Part shown: positions 39,600 to 50,435 of the stretch, piece after piece
How the letters are laid out: each line of letters opens with the position of its first letter
Position numbering within the stretch: the first letter of the stretch is position 1
Origin: an uncultured Candidatus Poseidoniales archaeon
GTDB lineage: Archaea; Thermoplasmatota; Poseidoniia; Poseidoniales; CAYMED01
Assembly (NCBI GenBank): GCA_964389655.1
Contig: CAYMED010000004.1
Location: 34,593 to 98,592, forward strand
Direction of reading: 5' to 3'
DNA length: 64,000 nucleotides
Translations under genes and position numbers: made by a program
The notes under the pieces: model-generated
Database searches by the model: none
What the model saw: only the letters and a program-made list of their open reading frames with translations
What the model was told of the DNA's origin: nothing

Positions 39600-42500
39600 A
39601 TGCCTAGAGATGTTTCTCCAGTTAATCGCCGCGCGCCGCTAGTGATGCTTTTGTTTGCATTGGCAGCATTCGTGCCAGTTGCCTCCCCTGCTTCCGCAGC
39701 GGAACTTCATTATGAAGATCAAACCAAAATAGGTGTGTCATCCCACATTAAGATCGATATATATCAAGACATGGGTGATATTGATCTCCATGTATGGGTT
39801 ATATGTGAACCAACAGATGATTGTCTAGGCAACAACGCACAACTAACAATTGAGATGTCTAATCAGTCGGCCCTCCAAGATACGGTTGGCCCAAATGGAT
39901 TTTCAGGACATACAAGCCATACATTCCATATTTCTGATACAGAGACACTCTCATTCAATGTGAGTTGGTCGAATGATTCATCTCCTAATGACCAAGAAAC
40001 AGTCATCCTCTTGTTTACCCCTTCACCCTGGTTATCCTTTCACCAAGCACGTGACATGGATGGCGATGGCATAGCAAATAACCTAGATGATGATATCGAC
40101 GGCGACGGAATCGAAAACTCAGTCGATACTGACGACGACAATGACGGTATCCTCGACTGGGAGGACCTCGATCCAGAAAGCGCCTCTGTAGATCCTATAG
40201 TCGACGTTCGATTAACTGGTTCAGATTCCATCTCAAAATTTGAAATTGATTGGGATATTCATGACAGTTTCACAGGGCATTTGCTCGACGGTGGAACAAA
40301 AGACGACAACTTTTCAGTTGATTTTTCCACTTTTGGGAAGGGTGCATACCACTTATGTGCTCGTGCTTACAATATGTCTTCCTTGTTGCAACGAGACCAT
40401 ATTTCAGAGATGTGTTCGGATGTTCTCATTAACGCGCCTATAATTCATGTTGAATCATGGATGGATTCCGAAGGACTGGCATTCAGGATTCAAACCCGTG
40501 GATTTGGATCCTTTGGTAAACTTGGATGGAATTATACGATTGATGACCCAAGCGGAAGCACAGTCGCTTCGGGATCATATGGACACGTTTCTGGAGCGGA
40601 AATCAGGGATTATTCACATGGCGGCATCCATAGCGATGATAATCGCTATCCAGCAACAGAGTCCGGTGACCATACAATTTCGATAATGGTTGGGCAGCTT
40701 AATCTTAACAGTACGGATAATGGGACGTTGATTGAGTCCACAACCCATACTGCAAAGGTGCACCCTTGGTTCAAATTAGACAACACAGACCGTATTGTCA
40801 CAGATGGTATATTTAATGCGACAATCACTGCAATGGCTTTGGGTGGAAACAACGAGGATATTCGATATGATTATACGATGAGAAAAATAACACAAAATGG
40901 CAAAAACGTGGATTATTCTGACGTGACCCGCAAAGATGCAGATCTTAGTTCCTCATCAACCCTAATTTCAGAAAATGTTGATTATGATGCAGGTGAAATC
41001 TGTTTCAACATATATCCGAAGGAACAATCCAATGGGCCAGATAATTGGCACTTTGGGGATTGCAGGCGCTTTGCCAAAGACAATGAGCAAATTTTTGCAA
41101 ACACTCATTTGAATGAAAACGGGCTTCATTTCCATGCTTATACTGTAGGGTCTGAGTCTGACCACGATTCAAACACGAATTACTCGATCCGATGGTCTCT
41201 TACAAAAAATGGCAATAGTCTAGGCGAAGGGATTCGTGGCGGATGGAATGGAGCGACGCATTGTGGGGAATTTGGAGACCAATATTGTGTTGATATTACA
41301 TCAGAGACATGGTGGTCAGTCCATGGTGCAACATCGGGATCATATGAATTAGTAATTGAATTGGAGGAGTTCACCCCTGACTCTAACTACACCATTGATA
41401 TGGAAAGCATTCAGTTAACTATGGATCCCGAATTGCATTGTCAAGGGTGCCATAGATATTCTGGAAATGACAATCTCCGTCCGCTCATGTATGCCCCTGG
41501 CATTGATGAAAATGCAAGTGGGTGGGAAATAAGATGGAGATTCTATGATGTCTCGGGCGATTGGGATGAAAATAACCCCCTCTACGAAGGCACTGTCCAG
41601 AAACCCCGGCACCAATTAATATTGGATGTAGGGAATGGGAGTTACCGTCTTTGTGCAGCATTGTACAACGACCTCGGCGAGAAGGTTGATCCAAAAGATT
41701 GGGATGAACATTGTTGGCACTTCCATAAAGGTCCGCCCGTGATCAAGTATGATCATTGGATGGAAGACGAAGATCGCTTTAGACTCAACATTCATGTTCA
41801 TGAAATCGAGCATTGGAACCGTGATTATTCTCTTATGTGGTCCCTTGATTTTGATGGAGATGGGATTGCCGATGAGAATGGGACCATTTCATGGCCATCT
41901 GGGGAATGCTGTCATGAAGAGATGTTCTTTGAATTGGATGATTCAGCAGTTTCAGCAACCTTTACTGGAACACTTTTCGATTCGAATGGAAATGAAATTG
42001 CCTCACTAATTGATACAATTTATTTCCCTGCTAGGTTGTATGTTGAAGATTCGAGCCCATGGCCATCTAATGAACCTGTATCTCCAATTATTGGATATCG
42101 GGGGGGGGATGAAAATGGAATGTATCGAATTGAGTATCGCCTTGAGCCAAGGACCAACCAGGATTGCGAATGGTCGGTATGTAATGGTCAATTCGATGCG
42201 CGTTCTAAGAAAGTTGAGTTTGGCCTCCTCGATGATGGAAAATACGAATTATCCTTGTCGCTTTACTTGAATGAAAATGGTGCTTATCATCATAAAGGGC
42301 ATAAATCATTTGAGATGTATGTTGGAGAACCAACACCTGAAGTCTGGTTTGATGATGGGATGGGGGGGAAGGGCACCGCCTACATGATGGTGGAATTCCC
42401 TTATGCTCTAGTGTTAGAAGATGACTGGGAAAACGTCAAAATCCAATGGAGCCTTGATGATTCATCTTCTGGTGAATGGAATTCAACCGATGCTAAAGGC

Positions 42501-45371
42501 GACGAAAATTATACGATGACAAAAGAAGAATGTGAGATGAGCGGCGGCGAATATCACGAAAATGAGGATGGATATCAGCCACACTGCCATTTACCAGAAC
42601 ACCACGAAGAGAAGGAAATTCCAGATGGATGTGCCCTTGGGCCCGACGTACGTGATGTCTCTAATAACCGATACACCATTACTTTTGACTGTAAATTCTC
42701 AGGACTTGACCCAGGAGTACACACAATCTCAAGCACACTTGATGTTAATGGCACGATGCAGCAAATTAGCAGAGACTTCGATATTAGGGGCTGGTTTGAC
42801 ATAAACGACCAATCCCCTTACCCATACGGGCAAGATGTATATATCCCCGTCAGCGTTACTGCCAATTCTTCTTCAACTCATCTCGTTGAATGGAGAGTGT
42901 ATGAACTCAATATGAAAACAATCAATGATCTTTTGTCGGAGGAATGGCGGTGGAACCCCGACCAAGAAGGGTGGTATAACCTTAACAGAATGGGAAGTGG
43001 TGGAAATGATGCCCCAATCACCGACAGTGAATCATCATACATTGTTTATGGAAACAGTTCACAAGATCAATTCAACGTGATGCTCAATCTTCCCTCTGGA
43101 CTATATGCGGCATGTCTGTTATTAGATATTGCCAAACAAGGTGAAGATCTCGCCGGCACCGGCCACTTCAATCCCGCGTGGTCATGTAAATTGCTTCGAT
43201 TTGGAAATGAACTCGTTCATGTTACTGCCCATGCTGAAAGAGATTATGTTCATGCACAATTACTTGCAGCATGGCTTCCAGATCAAAGCGAATGGAATAT
43301 CACATGGAGCATAACAGATCCTGCAGGGACCACAAGCACGACAACACACCACTCAACAGAGTATGTCCGTGGGCCCTATAATATCCTCGATTTGGGTCAT
43401 GATTGGCACGAGCTCGAGCGTGGATTACATACGATTTCGGTTGAGATTGACAACGGTGCAGAAATGATCAAATCATCTGAAACCGTATTTGTCACTGCTC
43501 TTAGTGGCTATATTAGTCACGTAAGTGGGATGTGTGATGATGATCCGGGGATTTCCGAATGGGGACACCTGCAATGTCACACAGAAGCATCCACGAAATT
43601 GAGCATATGGTTGGATGATCTTGATTCCAACTCCTCAATCACTTATGCCGTTAAATGGGAACTTTATTCTGATGCAGGAGGATGCGGTGATCCAGGGGAT
43701 CTGCTCGATCAAGGAACATCTATTGTTGGTGACGCGCCCGTTACAACCAATACGGCGCCATCCGATACGACATCCATCAGCGAAGTAGACCTTGGCAAAC
43801 TCAGTCGTGGTCAGTATGGGATCTGTCTTACAGTGATTGATCATGAAGGATATGCAGTGGGTGGGGAGAGATTTGAGCACATCAGTATTGATTATCATGG
43901 CCCCGAAGTCGATTTACTGTTTACACAACACTGGTTTGCATCTGGCGATGATGTATCTGTGTTCATAGACTATGAGCGTCCAAAAGAAGGTTGGCCACTA
44001 ACAGGCCCCACTACTGTAAATATATCACTCATAGATCATACAGGGGCGTCAGTATCATCCCAAGAAATGGATTTCACATCCTCGTCTCTATGGGGGAATA
44101 TAATTGATTTTTCAGGAATTTCCGATGGCGTGTACACTTTCGATGTAAAGGTTAAACAAGATGGAAGAGACTTAACTGATAGTGGTGCATACCGGCTGAA
44201 CAATGCAGAGTGGGCTGGAAAAACTCATGTGGGTGGCGCATCTGATTGGACAGTAACTGCCGCAACAAATTGTGGTGCAAATCCTTGCAAGGCATACACA
44301 AATTTTGGCATTGACTTTTCCGTAACTCCCTCTGTTGGGGCAGCCTTGGGAAAAACCACCCACGTCATGTGGGGGCTCATACCGATGGATGAACGTATGG
44401 TGGGTGAGGACGACGATGAAGTCGAAGGTGGAGGGGAATGGACTTCAAGCAGTGATGGTTGGAGCGATAGTCTCGGAGGTATTCGAATTTCAGGTGGAGA
44501 ATGGCTGATATTTATCATAATGTATGAACTATCATCACCCGGTGAAATTAGCGCCAAAGGTTGGAAAATTCAACCATTCCATGTCGAAGACGATCCCGAA
44601 GGAGATCCCGATGGAGATGGTATTCTCAATAAGGATGATTCATGCCCGTTGGTGAATGGAACAACACAATACGATGGTTGCCTAGGAGATGACTTTGACA
44701 ATGATGGCGTTCTTGATTATCGTGATCGATGTGTTCGTCAATCTGGTCCAGCTGCGAATGATGGTTGCCCTGATGAAAATGATCCCGATGGGGATGGCCT
44801 CATTGGAGAGGAGGACAAATGTCCAATAGATTATGCTGAAACCACAAATGGTTGTCCAGATGGAACACCCATTGGTGAAGAATTGCCAAATACGAGCGAA
44901 AACAGTGCTCCAATCTGTGATGTGTTGATGAGTAGGGATGATGGTGATACTGCCGTATCTGCTAATAAATTGGTCAAGGCAACAAGCGGTCACTCAGAGC
45001 ACACAACATCTGTTCAAGCAGGATCTGTCACGATTGAAGCGGTTTGTGTTGATCCCGATGGTGACAATGTTGCTATCACGTTGAATCTACCCGCGACTGG
45101 GCAGAGTATGAGTTTTGAGGATTCATCATCAAAGGCAAAAATGCTGGTTGTTTTACCAGTGGGCTCACCAGACATTCTTCTTCAAATTACATGGGCCGAT
45201 GGTACATTTGCAGGTTCTGTAAATTTGACCGTACAGGTCACAGACCCACCCGTTGGAGCTGACGTTGAATCTGCAGAATCAACCGGCGGATTTGTTCCTG
45301 GCTTCCCGGTTGGTCTCGCCGCTCTTGCCTTGTTGGGTGCAGCATTCGGTGCCCGAAGAAAACAAGAGTAA
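39600..45371 (+). CDS. Large secreted surface protein with TSP3-like Ca-binding repeats, Ig-like repeats and PGF-CTERM anchor
   Basis: Signal peptide (ASA-AE); DxDGDG clusters; C-terminal VPGF + TM helix + RRK. Confidence 0.85.
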   Translation: MPRDVSPVNRRAPLVMLLFALAAFVPVASPASAAELHYEDQTKIGVSSHIKIDIYQDMGDIDLHVWVICEPTDDCLGNNAQLTIEMSNQSALQDTVGPNGFSGHTSHTFHISDTETLSFNVSWSNDSSPNDQETVILLFTPSPWLSFHQARDMDGDGIANNLDDDIDGDGIENSVDTDDDNDGILDWEDLDPESASVDPIVDVRLTGSDSISKFEIDWDIHDSFTGHLLDGGTKDDNFSVDFSTFGKGAYHLCARAYNMSSLLQRDHISEMCSDVLINAPIIHVESWMDSEGLAFRIQTRGFGSFGKLGWNYTIDDPSGSTVASGSYGHVSGAEIRDYSHGGIHSDDNRYPATESGDHTISIMVGQLNLNSTDNGTLIESTTHTAKVHPWFKLDNTDRIVTDGIFNATITAMALGGNNEDIRYDYTMRKITQNGKNVDYSDVTRKDADLSSSSTLISENVDYDAGEICFNIYPKEQSNGPDNWHFGDCRRFAKDNEQIFANTHLNENGLHFHAYTVGSESDHDSNTNYSIRWSLTKNGNSLGEGIRGGWNGATHCGEFGDQYCVDITSETWWSVHGATSGSYELVIELEEFTPDSNYTIDMESIQLTMDPELHCQGCHRYSGNDNLRPLMYAPGIDENASGWEIRWRFYDVSGDWDENNPLYEGTVQKPRHQLILDVGNGSYRLCAALYNDLGEKVDPKDWDEHCWHFHKGPPVIKYDHWMEDEDRFRLNIHVHEIEHWNRDYSLMWSLDFDGDGIADENGTISWPSGECCHEEMFFELDDSAVSATFTGTLFDSNGNEIASLIDTIYFPARLYVEDSSPWPSNEPVSPIIGYRGGDENGMYRIEYRLEPRTNQDCEWSVCNGQFDARSKKVEFGLLDDGKYELSLSLYLNENGAYHHKGHKSFEMYVGEPTPEVWFDDGMGGKGTAYMMVEFPYALVLEDDWENVKIQWSLDDSSSGEWNSTDAKGDENYTMTKEECEMSGGEYHENEDGYQPHCHLPEHHEEKEIPDGCALGPDVRDVSNNRYTITFDCKFSGLDPGVHTISSTLDVNGTMQQISRDFDIRGWFDINDQSPYPYGQDVYIPVSVTANSSSTHLVEWRVYELNMKTINDLLSEEWRWNPDQEGWYNLNRMGSGGNDAPITDSESSYIVYGNSSQDQFNVMLNLPSGLYAACLLLDIAKQGEDLAGTGHFNPAWSCKLLRFGNELVHVTAHAERDYVHAQLLAAWLPDQSEWNITWSITDPAGTTSTTTHHSTEYVRGPYNILDLGHDWHELERGLHTISVEIDNGAEMIKSSETVFVTALSGYISHVSGMCDDDPGISEWGHLQCHTEASTKLSIWLDDLDSNSSITYAVKWELYSDAGGCGDPGDLLDQGTSIVGDAPVTTNTAPSDTTSISEVDLGKLSRGQYGICLTVIDHEGYAVGGERFEHISIDYHGPEVDLLFTQHWFASGDDVSVFIDYERPKEGWPLTGPTTVNISLIDHTGASVSSQEMDFTSSSLWGNIIDFSGISDGVYTFDVKVKQDGRDLTDSGAYRLNNAEWAGKTHVGGASDWTVTAATNCGANPCKAYTNFGIDFSVTPSVGAALGKTTHVMWGLIPMDERMVGEDDDEVEGGGEWTSSSDGWSDSLGGIRISGGEWLIFIIMYELSSPGEISAKGWKIQPFHVEDDPEGDPDGDGILNKDDSCPLVNGTTQYDGCLGDDFDNDGVLDYRDRCVRQSGPAANDGCPDENDPDGDGLIGEEDKCPIDYAETTNGCPDGTPIGEELPNTSENSAPICDVLMSRDDGDTAVSANKLVKATSGHSEHTTSVQAGSVTIEAVCVDPDGDNVAITLNLPATGQSMSFEDSSSKAKMLVVLPVGSPDILLQITWADGTFAGSVNLTVQVTDPPVGADVESAESTGGFVPGFPVGLAALALLGAAFGARRKQE
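40053..40175 (+). repeat. TSP3-like DxDxDG Ca-binding repeat cluster 1 (protein-level)
   Basis: DMDGDGIANNLDDDIDGDGIENSVDTDDDNDGILDWEDLDP. Confidence 0.85.
44590..44860 (+). repeat. TSP3-like Cys-containing Ca-binding repeat cluster 2 (protein-level)
   Basis: DPDGDGILNKDDSCP, DFDNDGVLDYRDRC, DGCP, DPDGDGLIGEEDKCP, NGCP. Confidence 0.85.
45291..45371 (+). other. PGF-CTERM archaeosortase sorting signal
   Basis: FVPGF-PVGLAALALLGAAFGA-RRKQE tripartite motif at the C-terminus. Confidence 0.85.
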
Positions 45372-45464
45372 GCATCATCTAAGACACAACAAGGCCACCT
45401 TAACAGGGCTTGCCATCAACATTGAAGCGAAAGTCTGAACATTGTTTCACCCTATAACTGGGTT

Positions 45465-45932
45465 GTGGGCGAATCCAATATTTGGCAACTCGAGTGCAAA
45501 AAACTCGGATTCTTACCAGAAATTAGGCGCTATGACGAAGGTACTAGAACCTCTCATGATGCTGCAACCCAACTTGGATGCGATGTTGCTCATATCGCTA
45601 AATCGATTATTTTTCGAAGTGAAAAAGGCCCCATTCTTGTAATTACATCAGGTGTGAACCGAGTTGATCGAAAGAAGAAAATGAAGGCCATACTTGGTTA
45701 CAAGGTGAGTCTGTCTGATGCAGAATATGTTCACAAAAGCACAGGATATGCCATTGGGGGCGTCCCACCATTCGCCCACCAGAAAAAGTTAATCTCGTTT
45801 ATGGATGAGGATTTGCTGCAACATTCCCTTGTCTGGGGTGCTGCAGGAACAACTCAGACTGTTTTTTCAATAACGCCAAATGAACTGTTGCGCTTATCTG
45901 GTGCAACACTTGCTGATGTCAAACAGGGTTGA
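45465..45932 (+). CDS. YbaK/EbsC/ProXp family aminoacyl-tRNA deacylase
   Basis: TRTSHDAATQLGC, IAKSIIF, TGYAIGGVPPFAH, VWGAAGT. Confidence 0.9.
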   Translation: MGESNIWQLECKKLGFLPEIRRYDEGTRTSHDAATQLGCDVAHIAKSIIFRSEKGPILVITSGVNRVDRKKKMKAILGYKVSLSDAEYVHKSTGYAIGGVPPFAHQKKLISFMDEDLLQHSLVWGAAGTTQTVFSITPNELLRLSGATLADVKQG

Positions 45933-45973
45933 AGGAATTGCATGCTAAATTAGACCATGATCGGATATTTTTC

Positions 45974-47593
45974 CTAGTTAAATTGCTTATTTTCGCCAAC
46001 CGTCATTCCGCTAGCAAGTGCCTGACTTCGCTCAGCGGCGGATTCCCATGCCGATTGGATGTGTAGTTCGCTGAGATAATCAAGATGGCCCGGCGACGTG
46101 ACTACCATGATATCGTCTGCAGTAAATTGATCTGGAGACGAATAACCACAAGAATTGCAAAGCATGTATACTTCTTTTTCTAAGGTTTTGATATAGTTTG
46201 AAACGCGCTTGGATGCGGCTTCGACATTCAGGGCGCGTTGTAGACGCTTATCCTGTGTCGCGATACCAGTTGGACAATGATTTGAGTTACAATCAAGGGC
46301 TTGAATACAACCAAGGGACAGCATAAATCCACGAGCGATATTGACTCCATCCGCTCCAAGAGCCATAGCTACCGCCACATCAATTGGGGTTGCAATCTGG
46401 CCAGAAGAGAAGAGGTGTACTCGACCGCGAACCCCGTGCTTTCGCATGGCCCAATCTACAATGGCAATACCCTGTTTCATTGGGATACCAGCATGACTGG
46501 CAAGGACGTGAGGGGCAGCGCCAGTTCCCCCTTCCCCCCCATCAACAGATATGAAATCGGGCCCTCTTTTTGGCTCTGAAGCCATTGCTTCAGCAATCAT
46601 TTCAATTTCTTCTATGTGGCCCACGACAATTTTGATTCCAACCGGCTTATCTGCAATTTTTCTTAACCTGTCAAGAAAATCAAATAACCCTTTCAAGTCA
46701 CTAAATTCACTATGGCGAGCCGGTGAAATTACATCTTTTCCCACCGGAACTTTGCGGATTTCGGAAATTTCCTTGGTTATTTTCTCCATAGGGAGAATTC
46801 CTCCCTTCCCAGGCTTTGCCCCTTGCATCAATTTGAGTTCAATCATCCGTACATTCTCAAATTGAACAATTTCCCTAAACCTTTCATCAGAGAATTCCCC
46901 TTTTTCATCCCGGCACCCAAACTTTCCAGTACCTAATTGAAAAATCAAGTCACCCCCTTTTTTGTGATATGGGGATAGACCCCCTTCGCCAGTATTGTGA
47001 AGGATTCCAGCAAGTCCCGCTCCTTTATTCAATGACGAAATTGCATTTGCTGAGAGAGAGCCATAAGACATGGCGGAGATATTCACAAAATGAGTGAGCT
47101 GATATGGGTTTGATACGCCAGTGTGTTCACCAATGATCCTTGAATATGTATGTTCATTTTTTTGTTGTCTAAATAATGAGGGCATGACAGCATAGGTTCC
47201 AGTTGCCTCAAAATCAACTTGGCTGCCAAATCCAATTGTATTCTCTTTTCCTTTTGATGTTGCATAGATCCAATTTCTTGTAACTCGATCAAATGGCTTT
47301 TCTTCTAGATCATTTGTAAACCAATATTGGCGAAATAATGGGCCCAATTGGACAGCAATCCACCGTCCCCAGTACAATACTGGGAATCGCCGCTGTATTG
47401 GGTTTTCAGTTTGAAATCGATCGTGAAAAAATAACATTGTGATGCCGATGAGTAGGGCCCCAACCATCACCAAAAAAATGTGAATCCAACTTCCCATCCC
47501 AAATTTTCCCTTCAGAAAGGGATTGCTGATGCATGATAGAACTACGACCACAGCAATCCAGCCCACCCACCATTTCCATGCCCCCCCCTTCAT
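45974..47593 (-). CDS. FMN-binding glutamate synthase family protein with N-terminal TM helices
   Basis: SAMSYGSLS, NTGEGG, ELKLMQGAKPGKGG, DGGEGGTGAA, and 3Fe-4S motif CIQALDCNSNHCPTG. Confidence 0.92.
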   Translation of the reverse strand: MKGGAWKWWVGWIAVVVVLSCISNPFLKGKFGMGSWIHIFLVMVGALLIGITMLFFHDRFQTENPIQRRFPVLYWGRWIAVQLGPLFRQYWFTNDLEEKPFDRVTRNWIYATSKGKENTIGFGSQVDFEATGTYAVMPSLFRQQKNEHTYSRIIGEHTGVSNPYQLTHFVNISAMSYGSLSANAISSLNKGAGLAGILHNTGEGGLSPYHKKGGDLIFQLGTGKFGCRDEKGEFSDERFREIVQFENVRMIELKLMQGAKPGKGGILPMEKITKEISEIRKVPVGKDVISPARHSEFSDLKGLFDFLDRLRKIADKPVGIKIVVGHIEEIEMIAEAMASEPKRGPDFISVDGGEGGTGAAPHVLASHAGIPMKQGIAIVDWAMRKHGVRGRVHLFSSGQIATPIDVAVAMALGADGVNIARGFMLSLGCIQALDCNSNHCPTGIATQDKRLQRALNVEAASKRVSNYIKTLEKEVYMLCNSCGYSSPDQFTADDIMVVTSPGHLDYLSELHIQSAWESAAERSQALASGMTVGENKQFN

Positions 47594-47668
47594 TCGATGT
47601 CTCCTTTTCGCCGAATAACGGGCATCAGACTTGAATTCGCCCCACGGTCTTAGAACGTAAGAAATAAC

Positions 47669-48967
47669 TCACATGTGTGAAATGATGGCTGCGCCAAATT
47701 CACTGCAATTGAGAAGTATAGCATTATCCATTAACCGCTCAAAATCATATGTGACTGTTTTTGCTGAGATTGCTCCTTCCATCCCCCGAATGATGGCGTC
47801 AGCAGGCTCGAACCATCCCATGTGCCTCAACATCATCTCTGCAGAAAGGATGAGAGATCCCGGATTCACTTTGTCGAGGCCAGCATATTTTGGAGCAGTA
47901 CCATGTGTCGCCTCAAATATCGAGACCCCTGTATTGTAATTGATATTGGCCCCAGGTGCGATACCAATTCCTCCTACTTGAGCAGCAAGTGCATCTGATA
48001 TGTAATCGCCATTGAGATTCATTGTTGTCAAAACATCATATTCACTTGGGCGCGTCAGAATTTGCTGTAACATTGCATCAGCAATTACATCTTTGATCAC
48101 AATTTCAGTTCCAGTGTTTGGGTTGACAATGCTACACCATGGCCCCCCATCAATCTCAAGCGCTCCAAATTCATCCTTTGCGAGTCGATATCCCCAATCC
48201 CGAAAACTCCCTTCTGTGAATTTCATGATATTTCCTTTGTGCACAAGCGTAACACTCTTTTTTTCTTGGTCAATTGCATAATGAATCGCAGCGCGGACAA
48301 TTCTATTCGTTCCTTCACTACTGATGGGTTTAATTCCAATTCCACTTGTATCTGGAAATCGAATTTTATCAACTCCCATCTCATTTCGGAGGAAATTGAT
48401 AATCTTTCGTACTTCTTCTGAGCCGGACTCCCATTCAATTCCCGCGTATACATCTTCGCTATTTTCACGAAAGATAATCATGTCCACGTCATCTGGATTT
48501 CGTACAGGACTTGGGGTTCCCGTAAACCAACGGACGGGCCTTACACAAGCATAGAGGTCAAGTTGTTGCCGAAGTGCAACATTTAGGCTTCGTATCCCTC
48601 CTCCTACGGGGGTTGTAAGGGGGCCTTTGATTGAAACAAGACCATTTCTCATTGCCTCTTTTGTATTTTCAGGTAACCATTCACCCGTAAGATCATACGC
48701 CTTTTGCCCAGCAAGCACTTCAATCCATTCAATATTGCGTGCACCACCATATGCTAATTTCACAGCCCCATCAACAACGGCTTTCATCACAGGAGTAATA
48801 TCGACTCCAATCCCATCTCCTTCTATGAAATGGATGATTGGGTTGTCAGGAACTTCAAGTCCATCCTCTCCCATCACAATCTGGCTGGCACCGCTCATAT
48901 ATCCCGGCGGCTGGATAGGTGTCTTTGAATTCAACGTTTGAATTCCTATATTTTTGTCCATGTTCAA
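47669..48967 (-). CDS. icd: NADP-dependent isocitrate dehydrogenase, dimeric E. coli type (probable start ATG 48898)
   Basis: [61 protein letters not shown] (KY, NADP-type). Confidence 0.97.
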   Translation of the reverse strand: MNMDKNIGIQTLNSKTPIQPPGYMSGASQIVMGEDGLEVPDNPIIHFIEGDGIGVDITPVMKAVVDGAVKLAYGGARNIEWIEVLAGQKAYDLTGEWLPENTKEAMRNGLVSIKGPLTTPVGGGIRSLNVALRQQLDLYACVRPVRWFTGTPSPVRNPDDVDMIIFRENSEDVYAGIEWESGSEEVRKIINFLRNEMGVDKIRFPDTSGIGIKPISSEGTNRIVRAAIHYAIDQEKKSVTLVHKGNIMKFTEGSFRDWGYRLAKDEFGALEIDGGPWCSIVNPNTGTEIVIKDVIADAMLQQILTRPSEYDVLTTMNLNGDYISDALAAQVGGIGIAPGANINYNTGVSIFEATHGTAPKYAGLDKVNPGSLILSAEMMLRHMGWFEPADAIIRGMEGAISAKTVTYDFERLMDNAILLNCSEFGAAIISHM

Positions 48968-49119
48968 TCTTCGGGAATATTGCTAAATTCATTGGTCGGG
49001 GCAATTCTGATAAGAAATAGCATTAGGAGTTGAATACAATGCACATATGTTTGCAATTATTCTCAAAGTAAAATCATTGAACCAACCCTGTTATGAAATA
49101 TGCAATTTTCTTTTAATCT

Positions 49120-50406
49120 GTGGCGAGTACTGATTTTTGGTTCACACGCTGCCTTATTTTTGCAAGTTTGGCGTGTTCATTAATTGCTTTTTTCCTTGCG
49201 CCAAGCGCATATTATGAATGGAATTCCCCAATAGACCTCGATGCCACTGCGAGTTCAGAAGATGTTTCTGGCCCGAATTATGATAATTCCTCAGGTCAAC
49301 TACTTTCATCGAATATTTCGTCTTCAAATTCTTCTCAAACAAATGATATGGATGATGGAGGATCTGAAAAAACCTCTTCAAACAACACTCAAAATGGGAA
49401 AAATGAATTGAATAATGGAAGTTCTAGCGATAATTCTACCGGGGGGGACAATGAAAGTGGAAATGGCACATCGGACAGCAATGATTCTGGAAGCGAGTCG
49501 CTTACGTTAGCAGACTCTAGTGACTCTTCAGATGATCCTGAAAACGGCCAACAGGCGGAAAATGAGCGGCAATCGGAGAAGGATGGGGACGATGATTCTT
49601 CAACGAACCCTCAATCAAGTGAAGAAGAGGATCGGGGATCTGGTGATTCCACATCGGAGGAATCGGAATTGAGTTCTTCCTTGGTCCAAGAATCATTGAG
49701 TGCTAAACCCACATCTGATTCAGAAAAAAATCAATCACGTCTTTCACAAACATACGCTGAAAGAGGCTTATCATCTGTGAATCAATTGCCAACAACTGTT
49801 GTTGTATGGCTATTCATGGTTTTCGTGTCTCTTAGCCTGCTTGGTGGAATGACAACGGGCGTGTTTATTTCAGAGGGGATACGAACAACTCTTCTGATGT
49901 CAATTCTCGGCCCACTTTTAGCAGCCCGACATGGGAAAGAACACGATATTCAAACACGGGGCCGTATTCAAGGATATGTTGAAGCACACCCCGGAATCTT
50001 TTTTTCAGCACTCCGTGACGCACTTAATTTGGCAAATGGTGTGACAGCCCACCACCTCCATCAATTGGAGAAATCAGGTGCTATTATTTCCTGGCAGGAT
50101 GGTAGGAGGCGAAGATATGCTGTTTCGGGCATAGATTCCACAAAATTGCATGAAATTGAGCACCCATTATCTGGGATGCAGCGTGCTATTCTTGAAATAT
50201 TATTTGAAGTGGGGGAAATTGGAATTACATCTTCTGAAATTCAAATTAAATTGGATGCATCTCGGCAGCTTATGCGATATCATCTCAAACAACTCATGGA
50301 GAAAAAGTTGGCTGATAGTAAAGGAAGAGGCCGTAAAATAACCTGGTTTCTTTCACAATATGGCCTGAAACAACTCCCCACCATTCGCAAAACACCAGAT
50401 ATTTGA
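49120..50406 (+). CDS. Membrane-tethered double winged-HTH transcriptional regulator with low-complexity extracellular region
   Basis: N-terminal TM/signal; S/D/N/E-rich segment; TM; TRGRIQGYVEAHPGI...HHLHQLEK and second wHTH ...SRQLMRYHLKQL. Confidence 0.8.
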   Translation: MASTDFWFTRCLIFASLACSLIAFFLAPSAYYEWNSPIDLDATASSEDVSGPNYDNSSGQLLSSNISSSNSSQTNDMDDGGSEKTSSNNTQNGKNELNNGSSSDNSTGGDNESGNGTSDSNDSGSESLTLADSSDSSDDPENGQQAENERQSEKDGDDDSSTNPQSSEEEDRGSGDSTSEESELSSSLVQESLSAKPTSDSEKNQSRLSQTYAERGLSSVNQLPTTVVVWLFMVFVSLSLLGGMTTGVFISEGIRTTLLMSILGPLLAARHGKEHDIQTRGRIQGYVEAHPGIFFSALRDALNLANGVTAHHLHQLEKSGAIISWQDGRRRRYAVSGIDSTKLHEIEHPLSGMQRAILEILFEVGEIGITSSEIQIKLDASRQLMRYHLKQLMEKKLADSKGRGRKITWFLSQYGLKQLPTIRKTPDI

Positions 50407-50435
50407 TGGTTCATTCGAAAGTTGCATCAGCCGAT

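Noticed and set aside
49040-49056. Short palindrome ACATATGT in the icd/wHTH intergenic region
   Set aside because: An 8-bp AT-rich palindrome with no second copy seen; compatible with chance
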